Of a stretch of DNA of 64,000 bases, positions 34,091 through 45,569 are shown piece after piece. Position numbers and translations under genes: made by a program. Each line of letters starts with the position of its first letter. Position 1 is the stretch's first letter. Source of the stretch: Alloascoidea hylecoeti (Eukaryota). Location of the stretch: contig BCKZ01000007.1 in the NCBI GenBank assembly GCA_001600815.1, positions 1,040,059 through 1,104,058 of the forward strand, given 5' to 3'. Below the pieces are notes generated by a model. That model was not told where the DNA came from. It searched no databases and was given only the letters and a program-made list of their open reading frames with translations.

Positions 34091-34594
34091 CTAGTTCACT
34101 CCTGATCGCTTGAAAATCTCTTCCATGCCATTTACTGTATTGTTCAGTGTAGTTTGTAGATAGTTTTTCTTCTTATCCAATGCATTTAGTTGATCCTTAA
34201 TTACGCTCTTTTCCTTTTCCACAGATTTTTTATAATCACCAGTCTCTACTCCAAGAAACCTATAAAGTTTGATGGGTCAATATCTCATTTTCAAATGTGA
34301 GGATTTTAATAAGTGGAACTTACATTTTTCCAACACCTTCCCAAACCACTTCTTTTTCTCCTTGTGAGCTGCCTTTTAATTCTTCTAAAGTGACTTCATT
34401 AAGTCTTAACTCTCGTTGTCTTTTTGTAACTGTTTGGTTAACTACAGATAATTCAGACCGTGTCTTCATTAGACTGGAGTCCATCTCCAATAACAACTAT
34501 TGATGACGGTGTTAGCATTCTATGCCTCACCTTACCTATACACCAAGAGAATTTATATGCGTACCTTTTGTAGAGCTTCTTGAGGAATTGACAT
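34091..34594 (-). CDS. PFD1: Prefoldin subunit 1; exons 34565-34594, 34324-34496 and 34091-34259 (absent from the ORF track)
   Basis: The spliced product MSIPQEALQKLLLEMDSSLMKTRSEL...VVWEGVGKMFL...ALDKKKNYLQTTL carries the prefoldin-1 signature WEGVGKMF. Introns 34497-34564 and 34260-34323 keep frame. Confidence 0.88.
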
Positions 34595-34733
34595 ATTTCT
34601 TTAAATTTATTGATAATTAACAAATTTGCAACTTATAATTACAATCTTGAAAGTTATGGTTGAAACATCCTTTCATCCACTCAAATCTTGCAAATTCCTA
34701 CTTGAAAAAGATCTTATTATAAAACCAATATCA

Positions 34734-35854
34734 ATGCTGAAAACAAGTCTTAGAATTTCTGCGAGGTATCCTCGGACTCGATTATCAAACTTCTCTTATG
34801 GATTGGCAAATGTTTCGATTAGTCGATTTGCCTCGACTGTTGGGAAGACACTTTTACATGAAGATCTAAATATTAAACAATCAACTGGAATTCTTGGTAA
34901 AGATACAACTTTAGAGCATAATATTAAGTCCGAAACAAATAGATTGGAAAAAACTTTAAAGAAATTCTGGGAGAAAGTGAATGTGGCTAAACATGCTGGT
35001 ATGTATTGAAAAGTTCTAAAAAGCTACAATAGTATATGATTAAAACGAATCTAACGAATGATATAAATGTAGATGGATTCACAGTTCAATTGGATACGAA
35101 ACCTATTAGGACTCCATTAGGTAATAATCTGATTATTCCAAAATCAAAAGAAGTTTTAGCCCATTTAATTGCACACGAATGGAAAATATTACCAAATTTG
35201 AAGATAAAACCGCATTCTGTCCCTCTAACTTCTATTGCTTCAAGGGCAATTGATTTGAGTTTAGCAGAGAAAAAGAAATTAGCAGGTGAAGAATTAAATG
35301 CAGATGATGCGATGAAACTAGCATCAAAAAACGATATTGTTGATGGTTTATTAAATTATTTGGATACTGATACTTTATTAGTATTTTCACCACTTGCAGA
35401 TCATGAAGGGAAATTAAGAAAAGCACAAGAGGATACTTATGAACCAATCATAAAATATTTTGAAGAATATTTTTCAAATTTATCTGGTAAACAGATCAAA
35501 TTAAAGTCATTAGATTCCGAACTTGGACTTATGGGTAATCAACAAACTCCAGAAACTAGAGAAATAGTTAAAAATTGGTTACATCAATTAGACATTTGGG
35601 ATTTATGTGCATTAGAAAAAACAACATTGGTTGCAAAGAGCTTTATTGCTGGGTTTTTAATTATCAATAAACATTTACCTCCGCAACCAAATGCTTATTC
35701 AAATATAACTGTCGATGAAATTTGTAACGCTGTTAATTTGGAAACAATTTTTCAAACTCAAGAATGGGGTGAAGTTGAAGATACTCATGATGTTGATCAT
35801 GCAGATTTAAGAAGAAATTTAGGTGCTTCTCTTATTGCTTCTCATAGTGTATAA
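34734..35854 (+). CDS. ATP12: Mitochondrial F1-ATPase assembly factor Atp12; exons 34734-34998 and 35073-35854
   Basis: Presequence-like N-terminus and KKFWEKV, intron GTATGT...CTAAC...TAG, then VQLDTKPIRTPLG, YLDTDTLL and QEWGEVEDTHDVD. Confidence 0.92.
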
Positions 35855-36010
35855 AACAATGTGTTAAGCATTATCATACAAGTTACTAACCATTTGTATA
35901 TTGGTTACTGCTTTTAAATTGTAAAAAATAAAGCATGTAATAGTTTTACAAGATTGAGTATTTATTTCCTTCAATATATATAGGATAAATAATACATAAT
36001 TATAAATAGT

Positions 36011-37816
36011 TCATAAAAGCTCATCTACTATACCAGCAGCAAAAGTATTACCTTTTTCTCGTAAAATAACTCTTCCAATATATTTATTATCCGAAAATGG
36101 TTGAAGAGGCAATTCTCTACCATTAAGAGCGATTTCAATCACTGCTGTTTGATGTGATCCTAAATGTGCCACCCTTCTCCTTTTAATATTTCCTTTTTCA
36201 TCTAAAAGACCAACAATTTTAGATATACTAGCAGGTGCAACTGAACTTCCACGGTGAACAACAATTGAATTTCCCACAAATAATGGTCTATTGATTTGGA
36301 AAGTTGTAATTTTACATCTGAATTTTGTAACTGAGGATAACTTTGCATTGACTCCTGAAATAATGTCACCTTCTTGAATATCAGTTTCAGTTAAATTGAT
36401 TCCAGAAAATGTTAAATAAGCAGAATCCCCGGCTGCCGCAACTTGTCTTTTCTTTTCATCAACTTCAATTGATTTAACAACAAAGTCTCTACCACATGGC
36501 GAGAAAGCAACAGTTTCTCCAACTTGAACACTTCCACATTGAACACTTCCTCCGAATGATATACTATTACCACGTAAATTAAAATCACTAATAGGAAATA
36601 TAAATGGGGAATTGATATCTTTTAAGTTGTTATCACTGTATTCAGATAAACAATCCAACAAAGTAGGGCCTTTATACCAATTAAATTTAACATCGTTGGA
36701 TTTATTAACGACATTTCCTCCTGTTAATCCACTGCAAGGTATAAACTGCAATTTTTTGTCATTATATCCAACTTCTGTTAAAAGGGGTATTAGAGATGCT
36801 CTGGCAGATTCGAATGATGCCTCCGACCAGTTATTAGCATCCATTTTATTGACAACAACAACCAGGTTTTCTATTCCCATATTTCTAACTAGGAAAGCAT
36901 GTTCAACCGTTTGACCGGATAAACCAGATTGAAGAGCATTTTCAGTTGAATCAACAACTAAAACAGCGAGTGAGGCCTGAGCAGCCCCACCAATCATATT
37001 TGGGATAAAATCCCTATGACCGGGAGCATCTAATATCGTAAATGAGGTTTTATCCGTTTCAAAGTACTTTTGAGATATATCAGCAGTTATACCTCTTAAT
37101 CTTTCTTCTTCTGTTGCATCCATAACCCAAGCTAAAAAGAAAGAAGATTTACCACTTTTTGTACTAGCATGCTTTAATTTTCTTATTGTTTGTTCATCAA
37201 TAACTCCAGTATCATAAAGTAATCGACCCATTAATGTTGATTTCCCGTGATCGACATGGCCAATAACCACGAAGTTAACATGTGGCTTATCATTACGTTC
37301 TTTGATTACTTCTGTGATATTAACTGACTTCTTGGGTAGTTGTGGCAGTCTTGATCCATCAAGTGTAAAATTTTTCATTGTAGCTGTGACCTTATCAACC
37401 GAATCTAAATCCAAAGGCTCAGGGGTTGAGGCACCGGATGTATTAGTTGAATGGGCATATGTATTATTACTTGATGTAGTTGGTGTGCTAGGTGTATGTT
37501 CTTTAGCAATTTGTGTTGGAGAATGAGATGGTGAAGCTGACGTTGATCTTGTTCTTGATGCTTTTTTAGTCTTTAAATTAAAAGACTTTTGTAACGATTT
37601 TATTGTATCATTTATAACGAAATAAGTATTCCATAACGTTTCTTCGATCTCTGAGGTCTTGATTTTTGAAACACTACTATTGTTATATTTTTCTTTTAAT
37701 AACGTTTTAACTGTTGGGACTAATTCATCAAATTTTTGATAGTCTTCATCGGTGTATTCTTCTTCATAATGATCACCATCGTCATAATCGTTCAAGTCGT
37801 CACTGTCGTAGTCCAT
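36011..37816 (-). CDS. HBS1: Translational GTPase Hbs1
   Basis: Acidic Hbs1-type N-terminus; [49 protein letters not shown]. Confidence 0.92.
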   Translation of the reverse strand: MDYDSDDLNDYDDGDHYEEEYTDEDYQKFDELVPTVKTLLKEKYNNSSVSKIKTSEIEETLWNTYFVINDTIKSLQKSFNLKTKKASRTRSTSASPSHSPTQIAKEHTPSTPTTSSNNTYAHSTNTSGASTPEPLDLDSVDKVTATMKNFTLDGSRLPQLPKKSVNITEVIKERNDKPHVNFVVIGHVDHGKSTLMGRLLYDTGVIDEQTIRKLKHASTKSGKSSFFLAWVMDATEEERLRGITADISQKYFETDKTSFTILDAPGHRDFIPNMIGGAAQASLAVLVVDSTENALQSGLSGQTVEHAFLVRNMGIENLVVVVNKMDANNWSEASFESARASLIPLLTEVGYNDKKLQFIPCSGLTGGNVVNKSNDVKFNWYKGPTLLDCLSEYSDNNLKDINSPFIFPISDFNLRGNSISFGGSVQCGSVQVGETVAFSPCGRDFVVKSIEVDEKKRQVAAAGDSAYLTFSGINLTETDIQEGDIISGVNAKLSSVTKFRCKITTFQINRPLFVGNSIVVHRGSSVAPASISKIVGLLDEKGNIKRRRVAHLGSHQTAVIEIALNGRELPLQPFSDNKYIGRVILREKGNTFAAGIVDELL

Positions 37817-37985
37817 TTTTGAGACTTGGGATAAAGCTATAGATTATGTAGGAAAAAAGGTTTTAAAATGAAATTATAAGTGGATTGGAAGAGTTGGGAT
37901 TTTTTATAAACGAGGCAGGTGGGAGATCTTACATAGAAATATTATGCACAAACAGTAGATTAAATATTTATATGGCATTATTATG

Positions 37986-39293
37986 CTAAAGTGAGCCAAA
38001 AAACCTGTGAATGATGATTATATACACTAGGAAAAAAATCGCCAGTTCATTTCCTGAGTAAGAGGAAAAGAAAGGCATGCAATTGACACCAACACCGTTG
38101 AAATATGTTTTACACTGATCAGGATGTTGACGATCAGTTAATGGCTGTGGGAATAATCCATTTTCAATTAGAGTTTCCACCGACCATTCGGACGCATTTT
38201 CAGTTTTATACGTCCAAAACACCCATCCTCTACCTTGTTCATAGGCATCCATCTGGGCCTCGATAAACCTTCTTGTCCCATTCTTTTTAGAATCACTCCA
38301 CCTAGAAATATCATTAATCCCTTCACAACTTCCTATATACGTTTTATTATTGGAATAAGTTTTGTCATATCTTGCTCCTCTACCAACTCCATTAAGCCAT
38401 TTGGTACAATCTGTCATTGCACCAGACCATTCACTTGTAATGGGTGTTAAGCTTTCACCGTTTAACTGTTTTCCAAATGCGCAAGCAGCAGAGACATGGT
38501 CATCGGCTGATAGTTTTAGTTCTCCGACAGAAAAGCACTGATACTTATGATGATCCAGAACAACCTTCTTTTTATTTCTACTTGAGAAATCGGAATCATC
38601 CCAAAAATGTAATTGTTGAAAAGCATCGTGGATAATAACAGGAGTATTTTTCGTTTCATTCCTAACAGCCATATATGCCGATTGATAATAGTCTTGGATA
38701 TCATTGATAGAATATTTTGTGGGAAGTGGTTCATTGACCAATTCAATGCCAATGACAGTATCCTGATAATCCGAAGCTCCATATTTTTCAGCAATTTGTT
38801 GTGTTACGTTTAATGATAACGTCATATTACTCCCTTTCCAATTATATTCATCTCTCAACCCAGAATTATCGTAGCCATTTTGTGAACCACGATGACCATG
38901 GATATCAATCCATACCTTTAAATCTGAGTTTTTAGCCCATTCGATAGCCTTATCCAAATATTCGATTTGTCCTTGAACAAATGGATCATCATCAACAATT
39001 TCAAATGCCCAGTAACCAATTGGTATTTTAACAAGATTAAACCCATACCCGGAAACTTTTTTAAAGTCATCTTCGGTAATCCATGTATCCCAATGTTTTT
39101 TTAGTCTTTTTGAAGATTCTGTTTTGCCTAATTTCTTGGTATAATGGTATTCATCAATCGGAACGTTCGCATCGGTACTGTTGGTAGTATTACTAAACAC
39201 TTCAAAAAGAGAAGGTGTGATAAAAGGTTCCAATACAAACCAACCACCGAGGTTGATACCCCTAGTCATTGTTTTAGCATAACTATAACCCAT
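37986..39293 (-). CDS. GH5 exo-1,3-beta-glucanase (Exg family) with a hydrophobic C-terminal tail and no visible signal peptide
   Basis: RGINLGGWFVLEPFITPSLF, IPIGYW, GSQNGYDNSG, IELVNEP (acid/base), EWSGAMTDCTKWLNGVG (nucleophile) and GWVFWTYKTE. Confidence 0.88.
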   Translation of the reverse strand: MGYSYAKTMTRGINLGGWFVLEPFITPSLFEVFSNTTNSTDANVPIDEYHYTKKLGKTESSKRLKKHWDTWITEDDFKKVSGYGFNLVKIPIGYWAFEIVDDDPFVQGQIEYLDKAIEWAKNSDLKVWIDIHGHRGSQNGYDNSGLRDEYNWKGSNMTLSLNVTQQIAEKYGASDYQDTVIGIELVNEPLPTKYSINDIQDYYQSAYMAVRNETKNTPVIIHDAFQQLHFWDDSDFSSRNKKKVVLDHHKYQCFSVGELKLSADDHVSAACAFGKQLNGESLTPITSEWSGAMTDCTKWLNGVGRGARYDKTYSNNKTYIGSCEGINDISRWSDSKKNGTRRFIEAQMDAYEQGRGWVFWTYKTENASEWSVETLIENGLFPQPLTDRQHPDQCKTYFNGVGVNCMPFFSSYSGNELAIFFLVYIIIIHRFFGSL

Positions 39294-39450
39294 TTCTGCT
39301 TATATCGACGCTTTTAGACTTATAGTTTAGAAACATATTTGTTGAAACTGCGGGTAATAGTAACGTGACAATCCGTTTATAATTATAACTTATACCTATA
39401 AATAATTATGATATGATGTCTAAATAAACTTATATCCATACACTTTTTAT

Positions 39451-40449
39451 TTAATCTAAGATCACATTATCAATAAGGCGTGCTTCTTTCCCGTTTTTCG
39501 CCGGAACACGTATAGCAGCACTCAAAATGGCACCAACTCCTGGAACAACGGTATCTAAATCAGTTAATGTTTTCGGGTCAGACAGAGTAATATAATCAAT
39601 GTGTACTTCTAACGGCGATGATTCTAAAACCTGATGGGATACTTTTAAAATATCAGAAGATTTTGTGGGGTGTGGCTTACTTGATTCGTAAACTTTTCTC
39701 CCTGCTGATAATGCTTGATAAAACACTTTTGAAAGATCTTTAATCTCATTTGATAAATATGCATTTCTTGAGCTTAAAGCAAGGCCTGTTGCTTCTCTGA
39801 TTGTTGGCATGACCCTTATTATAACAGGTAGAAGTAAATCTTTAACCATTCTTTTAACAACAACAGTTTGTTGGATATCTTTTTGACCAAAGTATGCTTT
39901 TGTTGGGGTAATAATATTAAATAATTTACAAACGATCGTTGCGACACCTCTGAAAAATTGGGGTCTTGTGGTACCTTCTAATTGTTCACTTAGACCTTGC
40001 ACAGTGACAAACGCACCCACTTGGCTTTTCACGTCTAAAGGTATACCAGATGGATACATTTCATCTACTGTTGGGTTAAAAACGATATCGACAGCCCTTA
40101 CTTCGCCGTTTATATTCAAAGAAATGGAAGATAGTAAGGCTAGATCAGCTTCAAGGTCTCTGGGGTAAGAATCAAGATCTTCAGTTGGGGCAAATTGTGA
40201 AGGGTTCACAAATATTGATACAATAGTTACATCATTTTCAGCCAATGAGGATTTCACTAAATACAGCAAGTCACATTAGTATCTCATGTAGATCAGTATA
40301 ATAAGAACATAAAACTTACCTAGTGATAAATGCCCTTCATGGAGTGCCCCCATTGTGGGGACTAAACCAACCGTTTTTCCGGCCACGAGCTGCTGTAGCC
40401 TCCACCGACGAATATCCTCTACGGTTCTGTACATCTTCGGACCAGTCAT
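39451..40449 (-). CDS. PAN6: Pantoate-beta-alanine ligase; exons 40320-40449 and 39451-40256
   Basis: VPTMGALHEGHLSL, intron 40257-40319 (GTAAGT...ACTAAT...TAG), then SIFVNPSQF, YFGQKD, GLALSSRN and RLIDNVIL. Confidence 0.95.
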
Positions 40450-40579
40450 CGTGTTGTATCTATATATTTTTGTCTGTAAAGAATCTTTATGACTTAAATG
40501 TCAAAATATCCGTTGACTCACACAAATTACCCGGCCTATTCACATAATTGAATCATTAAGCAAAATATATTCTAAATAT

Positions 40580-42005
40580 TTAAATTTTGTTACTGATTTA
40601 TTCTCAGGTGAAGCTTCTTCAACATCAAAGCCCATTATCATTGTAGCATATCCTAATGGTTGTAATTGAAACTAATTTGCAAACTCATCTACTGTTTCTG
40701 CCATTTCTGTTAAATCTATGCCTTTTTCTTCTTTTTCTTCTTCTTCCTCTGTAACTCTCATCTTACAACCAGGAATAAAATTAATCACATAACATAAAGC
40801 ATATGTTCCTGCAAAACCGTAACTAGCACATAAAACTCACCCTGCAAACTGATGTCTCATTTGTATCCAATTTTTGTGAATCCAACCTCCGTCAATTTCG
40901 GTAAACACCATCAGCTCCTGCTAGAGATGCAAAGACACCCACACATATACTGCCAACTATACTGCCAATCCCATGCACATTAACCGAATATGTAACTTCG
41001 TCAACCCCACCCATTTATTGAAGTTATATGTTCCTCTACAAACATTTGCCGCAGTTATTACAGAAATAGCAGTTCCCCAAGGCGAAGTAAATCCACAACG
41101 TGGAGTAACACACACAAGTGCTCTATCACAAGCGGCTGAAAGTGTCCATTTCTTGGTAAGTATTTTATCAAATATTTTAAATGTAACTAAAGAAAATGAT
41201 GCAACGATTTGAGTGTTTGCCATAATATAGACAGTTCATGTATTAACCGAGAATAAAGTGCTTGAATTGAAACCTAACCATCCCATCCAAATTAATGAAA
41301 TTCCAATAAATGATGTAACAGGTAAATGAGGTCTGTAAGATGACATTTTACCTGTACTTTTCCATTCTTTTCTTTTACCTAAAAATGGTGAAAAGGATAA
41401 CGAGGCATAACCACTCGCAATATGAACTGGGTCACCCTCCAAAATCTAAAGCGTCTAAAGTACACCATTTTCTGCCCACCTCGCATATGTCAATAGACAA
41501 TAAATAACTGTTGTCCAAACAAATGCTAATATTAAAGAGGGTGTTAATCTACCTCTTTCAGAAATTGCACCCAGGAAAATTTGAACTGCAATAGGGGAGA
41601 AGATTGAAAAAATCCAATAAGTAATTGATGCAATTGAATCACCCTCAGACAATGGACCAATTTCTAAACTATTAATTGCACCAAGACTGAAATTACCTAT
41701 GAAATGTGAAGCTATCTATTGAGCATGCAAGACTATATCCTAATAAAATACCATTGTATTGTAACAATGCCTGTGACCATATAAGATTGAAATAAGATTG
41801 ATACCCCTGATTTTCTTCTTAGTTTACCACTGTAATACAATTGCAGGAGTGATACTCATAACTAAGACTGAGCATACCAAAATATAGGCCATATCTACTC
41901 CGACAAAAGCGGTGTTTGCCCTTCAACATCAATAAGTCTTTTTGAAAGTAACTCCTTTCTTAGAATAATGGCAGAATTAAGACCACCAGCAGCAAATCCC
42001 CTCAT
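40580..42005 (-). pseudogene. Ammonium transporter (Mep/Amt) pseudogene
   Basis: Collinear fragments DMAYILVCSVLV.., YYSGKLRRKS, GAISERGRL, WTTVIY, ALDFGG/PVHIASG, YRPH, WMGWLGFN, ITPxxG-like and CKMRVTEEEE are split by many stops and frameshifts. Confidence 0.88.
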
Positions 42006-42024
42006 TTTCTTTATATAATAGAGT

Positions 42025-42049
42025 TATATATATATATATATATATATAT
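42025..42049. repeat. (TA)n microsatellite just upstream of the Mep pseudogene
   Basis: Direct reading. Confidence 0.9.
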
Positions 42050-43187
42050 CTATAGAAATTTAAACAGATTTCAGTAGCTTGGTGGAATAAGCCCATTAAT
42101 TATATTCTGATCTAGTCTTGGTATAATTATTAGTTAGTTTTAGCCAAGAAATATAGGTATCTATATAATCGATATATGCTAGATAACGTACAAGATTAAT
42201 TAATTACTTACCATTTCTTGAATATTTAATCTTATTATGAGCGAGTTATAGTATATGGTAATTCCTAAACTATAATATTAATCATAAAATTGGTATTCGA
42301 TGTGGAGTATGGGACGTGACATTATTGGGAAGATTGTTACATTTCAAACACAAATCGGCAAAAAATATAAATTCTTAAAAATAGTGTCGCTAAAGTCTAC
42401 TTAATTTCATAATTCGGATGATATAATATACGATATATGTTTTTGTAATTCTTGTGTGCGTTCTTTTACGATTTGTCATATTGACCTCACTAGTCCCAAG
42501 CTTCCGACACATATCTCTCTTTGTTATCTCCGACGGACTTTTTGTAATGATTGCATTTCCCCACTTAGAAGTCTGAATTCCACTTCGAATAGTTTTTAGG
42601 GGAGCTTCGAACACTATGAAGGAAATTTGAGCTATACTACAGTTAATAAAGTTTCCTGCATCCCTTGAACATATGCATATCCTTTTTTGAGGCCAGTTGT
42701 TGGTGGGTTTTTGTTACTGTATATTGTTAAAATTATGTTTCCATCTAAAAGTGTGGGGTGGCAGCCTGTTGTTAACATAATATTCATTTTAAACGAATTC
42801 TTCGACTTTAGAACCATTTATTTATCATGGCAAGTTATATAACTATAAAGGAAGTCAACTCCTCCGGATCCTCTGTTTAAACCCTTCTAATTAACATTTG
42901 ATTGATCTCTACGAACAAATTTCATCGGGAAGCTAATGGAAAAATTATATCTTTTTAGCATTATTTTACAAAATTATAAACTTAGAAGGTATTTTTATGA
43001 TACTGTCACCCGTACGCTTACAAATCTTGCTCTTTAGCTAAGACGCTCTAATCAAAGCTATTTTGATTCTTTTACATTTTGCCTGGAGTTGCCATGACAA
43101 CAAAAATGGAAAGTGTAAACATCCACACTTTCATCAAAACCTTCTTTATTCAATAACTAAGATTTACCTTTACTATTGTCTTCAGTA

Positions 43188-45260
43188 ATGCAAAACGAAT
43201 TCTCAAGTTATCGACGAGGGATCGTTGATCCTTTATCCCAAATTGATCCAAAGACTTTAAATGTTTCTCATATTCCACAACCAGCCTCGGTATCTAAAAA
43301 AAGAGCTTCTAACGTCAGATCTTCCATGGCCTATGGTGGAAGACAATCTATGATTGGTGGTATGAGAGGTCAATCTGCTCTTGGTGGTGTTCCCTCTTCA
43401 GCTAAACGAACTAGTGTTGGTGGTAATAATTTCTCACAAGATATGGTGGTCCCACAGAGTGTTGTAAGACATGGTGGCATTAGGAAAAGTTTTGTGCCCG
43501 GCTCTGCTGCTTCTGGCTCACAAGGCAGAAATAGTGGTAGGCCCTCATCATTTGGTGTTGGTGGTAGTATGTTTTCGAACACAATGGCTTCTGCTTCTCA
43601 ATCAAAAGATCCGAGACCGTTAAGAGATAAAGCACATCAAGCAATGATGCAAGAGGAAATTTACGAATATTTGGAAATAAATCAATTTAGTGTTGAAATG
43701 AATCATCCTTTAAAAGAAAAAAGTTTAGTTAATCCAACCCAAAAAGATTTTGTTGTTATTTTTCAATGGTTATACAAAAGAATGGATCCAGGTTACAGAT
43801 TTACAAAGGCTATTGAACAAGAGGTTTATCAACTATTGAAAGCTATTCGTTATCCTTATTTGGAATCCATTAATAAATCTCAAATTTCTGCTGTTGGAGG
43901 TAGAAACTGGTGCATTTTTTTAGGCTTACTACATTGGATGGTTCAATTAAATCAATCTTTAGAACATGCTGAAAATATGGATTATAGAACTGTTGAAGAA
44001 GGTTCATTTGTCAATAAATTGGTCGCTAAATATCTCTTAAAATCTTATAAAGCATTTTTAATGGATGAAGATCATCATTTCGTTGAATATTACGCAGAGG
44101 CTGAAGATGAATTTAATCAATATGCACAACCAAAAGTTGAAGAAATAGAACAAATGGAAAAAGAAAATGTTGAATTAAAAGAAAAATATGCTAGTTTATG
44201 TAGAGGCACTGATATTTTAAGTGCTCTTGAAAAAAAGGGAGAAGCATTAGAAAGTGATTTAGTTAAGTTTAGAGCTTATATTAATGCCTATGAAAAGAAA
44301 AAAGAAAAATGGAGTGCAGTACTTTCTAAAATCAGAGATGAATTGGATAGTTCAGAAGCTCAAAAGATTGAATTAGAAAAGGAAAAACAACATATAGAAT
44401 CACAAATCGCTGCACAAGGACTAACTCCTGGAGATATCGACAAAATGAATGCCGAAAGGGATAAACTAGCAAAAGCTTTAGATTCAATATCGGTAAGAAT
44501 AGAGGAAGCAAATAGGGTTGTTAATGAAAAGGATCAAAAGGCACAATCTACTTTGGACTCATTAGATCGAGTAATTCAGAAATACAATACGGGTTGTTAT
44601 AGAATAGGGGTAATTCCTTCAACATCAAGAAATTGTCCAAAAGGTATGAATTTTGAAGTTTATCTGGAAAATCCATTATCAGAAGAAAATTTAGGCCAAA
44701 GGCCCGATGTTTTGTTAAAGGGAATCGACTTACGACATGTTTCAAAGCCAGCTCTTTTACAATTGAGAAATCAAATAACGGCACGAATGCATAAAATTCA
44801 AGATGAAAGCATTAAGATACAAGAAATGTTAGATCTTTTAAATGATCAGTTAAATGATAAAAAGGAAGAAATAGAAACATTGGAAGCCAAATTAGCGACT
44901 GGTAAAAATTCTTTTGATGAACTTTATGAAACAATGAATAGCGAAGCTAGTTCATCACATGCAGAAATTGAAAGATTAGAAAGAGAATTAAGAGCGATGA
45001 AGTTAAGTAATCAACAGGGAATACTACAGCTTGAACAACGATGTCAATCGATTGCTATCGAATATGATCAATTAAAACATTCTATACAAACAGCACGAGA
45101 AGCAATGCATGCTGATGTTGAAAAATTCATTGACTCAACTATTGATTTTAAAATGCATATTCAAGAATCTTTAGAAGGTTATGAAGGGTTTGTTATTGAA
45201 GAAATTGAAAATCATGATAAGGAGGACGATAGTGTGGATGTTACAATGACAATTCTTTAG
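43188..45260 (+). CDS. NDC80: Kinetochore protein Ndc80
   Basis: Disordered basic N-tail, KDPRPLRDK, PTQKDF..IFQWLY, YPYLESINKSQISAVGG and a long coiled coil. First ATG is at 43188. Confidence 0.95.
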   Translation: MQNEFSSYRRGIVDPLSQIDPKTLNVSHIPQPASVSKKRASNVRSSMAYGGRQSMIGGMRGQSALGGVPSSAKRTSVGGNNFSQDMVVPQSVVRHGGIRKSFVPGSAASGSQGRNSGRPSSFGVGGSMFSNTMASASQSKDPRPLRDKAHQAMMQEEIYEYLEINQFSVEMNHPLKEKSLVNPTQKDFVVIFQWLYKRMDPGYRFTKAIEQEVYQLLKAIRYPYLESINKSQISAVGGRNWCIFLGLLHWMVQLNQSLEHAENMDYRTVEEGSFVNKLVAKYLLKSYKAFLMDEDHHFVEYYAEAEDEFNQYAQPKVEEIEQMEKENVELKEKYASLCRGTDILSALEKKGEALESDLVKFRAYINAYEKKKEKWSAVLSKIRDELDSSEAQKIELEKEKQHIESQIAAQGLTPGDIDKMNAERDKLAKALDSISVRIEEANRVVNEKDQKAQSTLDSLDRVIQKYNTGCYRIGVIPSTSRNCPKGMNFEVYLENPLSEENLGQRPDVLLKGIDLRHVSKPALLQLRNQITARMHKIQDESIKIQEMLDLLNDQLNDKKEEIETLEAKLATGKNSFDELYETMNSEASSSHAEIERLERELRAMKLSNQQGILQLEQRCQSIAIEYDQLKHSIQTAREAMHADVEKFIDSTIDFKMHIQESLEGYEGFVIEEIENHDKEDDSVDVTMTIL

Positions 45261-45569
45261 AATTTTTTTTGTACACTTAATTGATATTTGATATCTGAGT
45301 TGATTTTATTAGGTTACTATTTATATACGAAGTGTTTGTACGATTTTATATTACTATGAAAGGCTGGCTTTCGATTAATGGAAATTTGAATTTTTTAATA
45401 TATTTATGTGTATGTCATTCCGTAATTTACACTTTCTTGGGCGATGGTGTAATTATAATCATGGGCTTACATTCAAAGAAATTTTTTGAAATATTAGAAT
45501 TGAATTTATTTTCCATTTAAAACTTACAGAATACCTTTCTACTATTAACTAATACGCATAATTCTAATC

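Noticed and set aside
36011..37816. HBS1/SKI7 alternative-splicing arrangement
   Set aside because: Single uninterrupted ORF with no donor site after the N-terminal motif and no PSPDD-type Ski7 motif.
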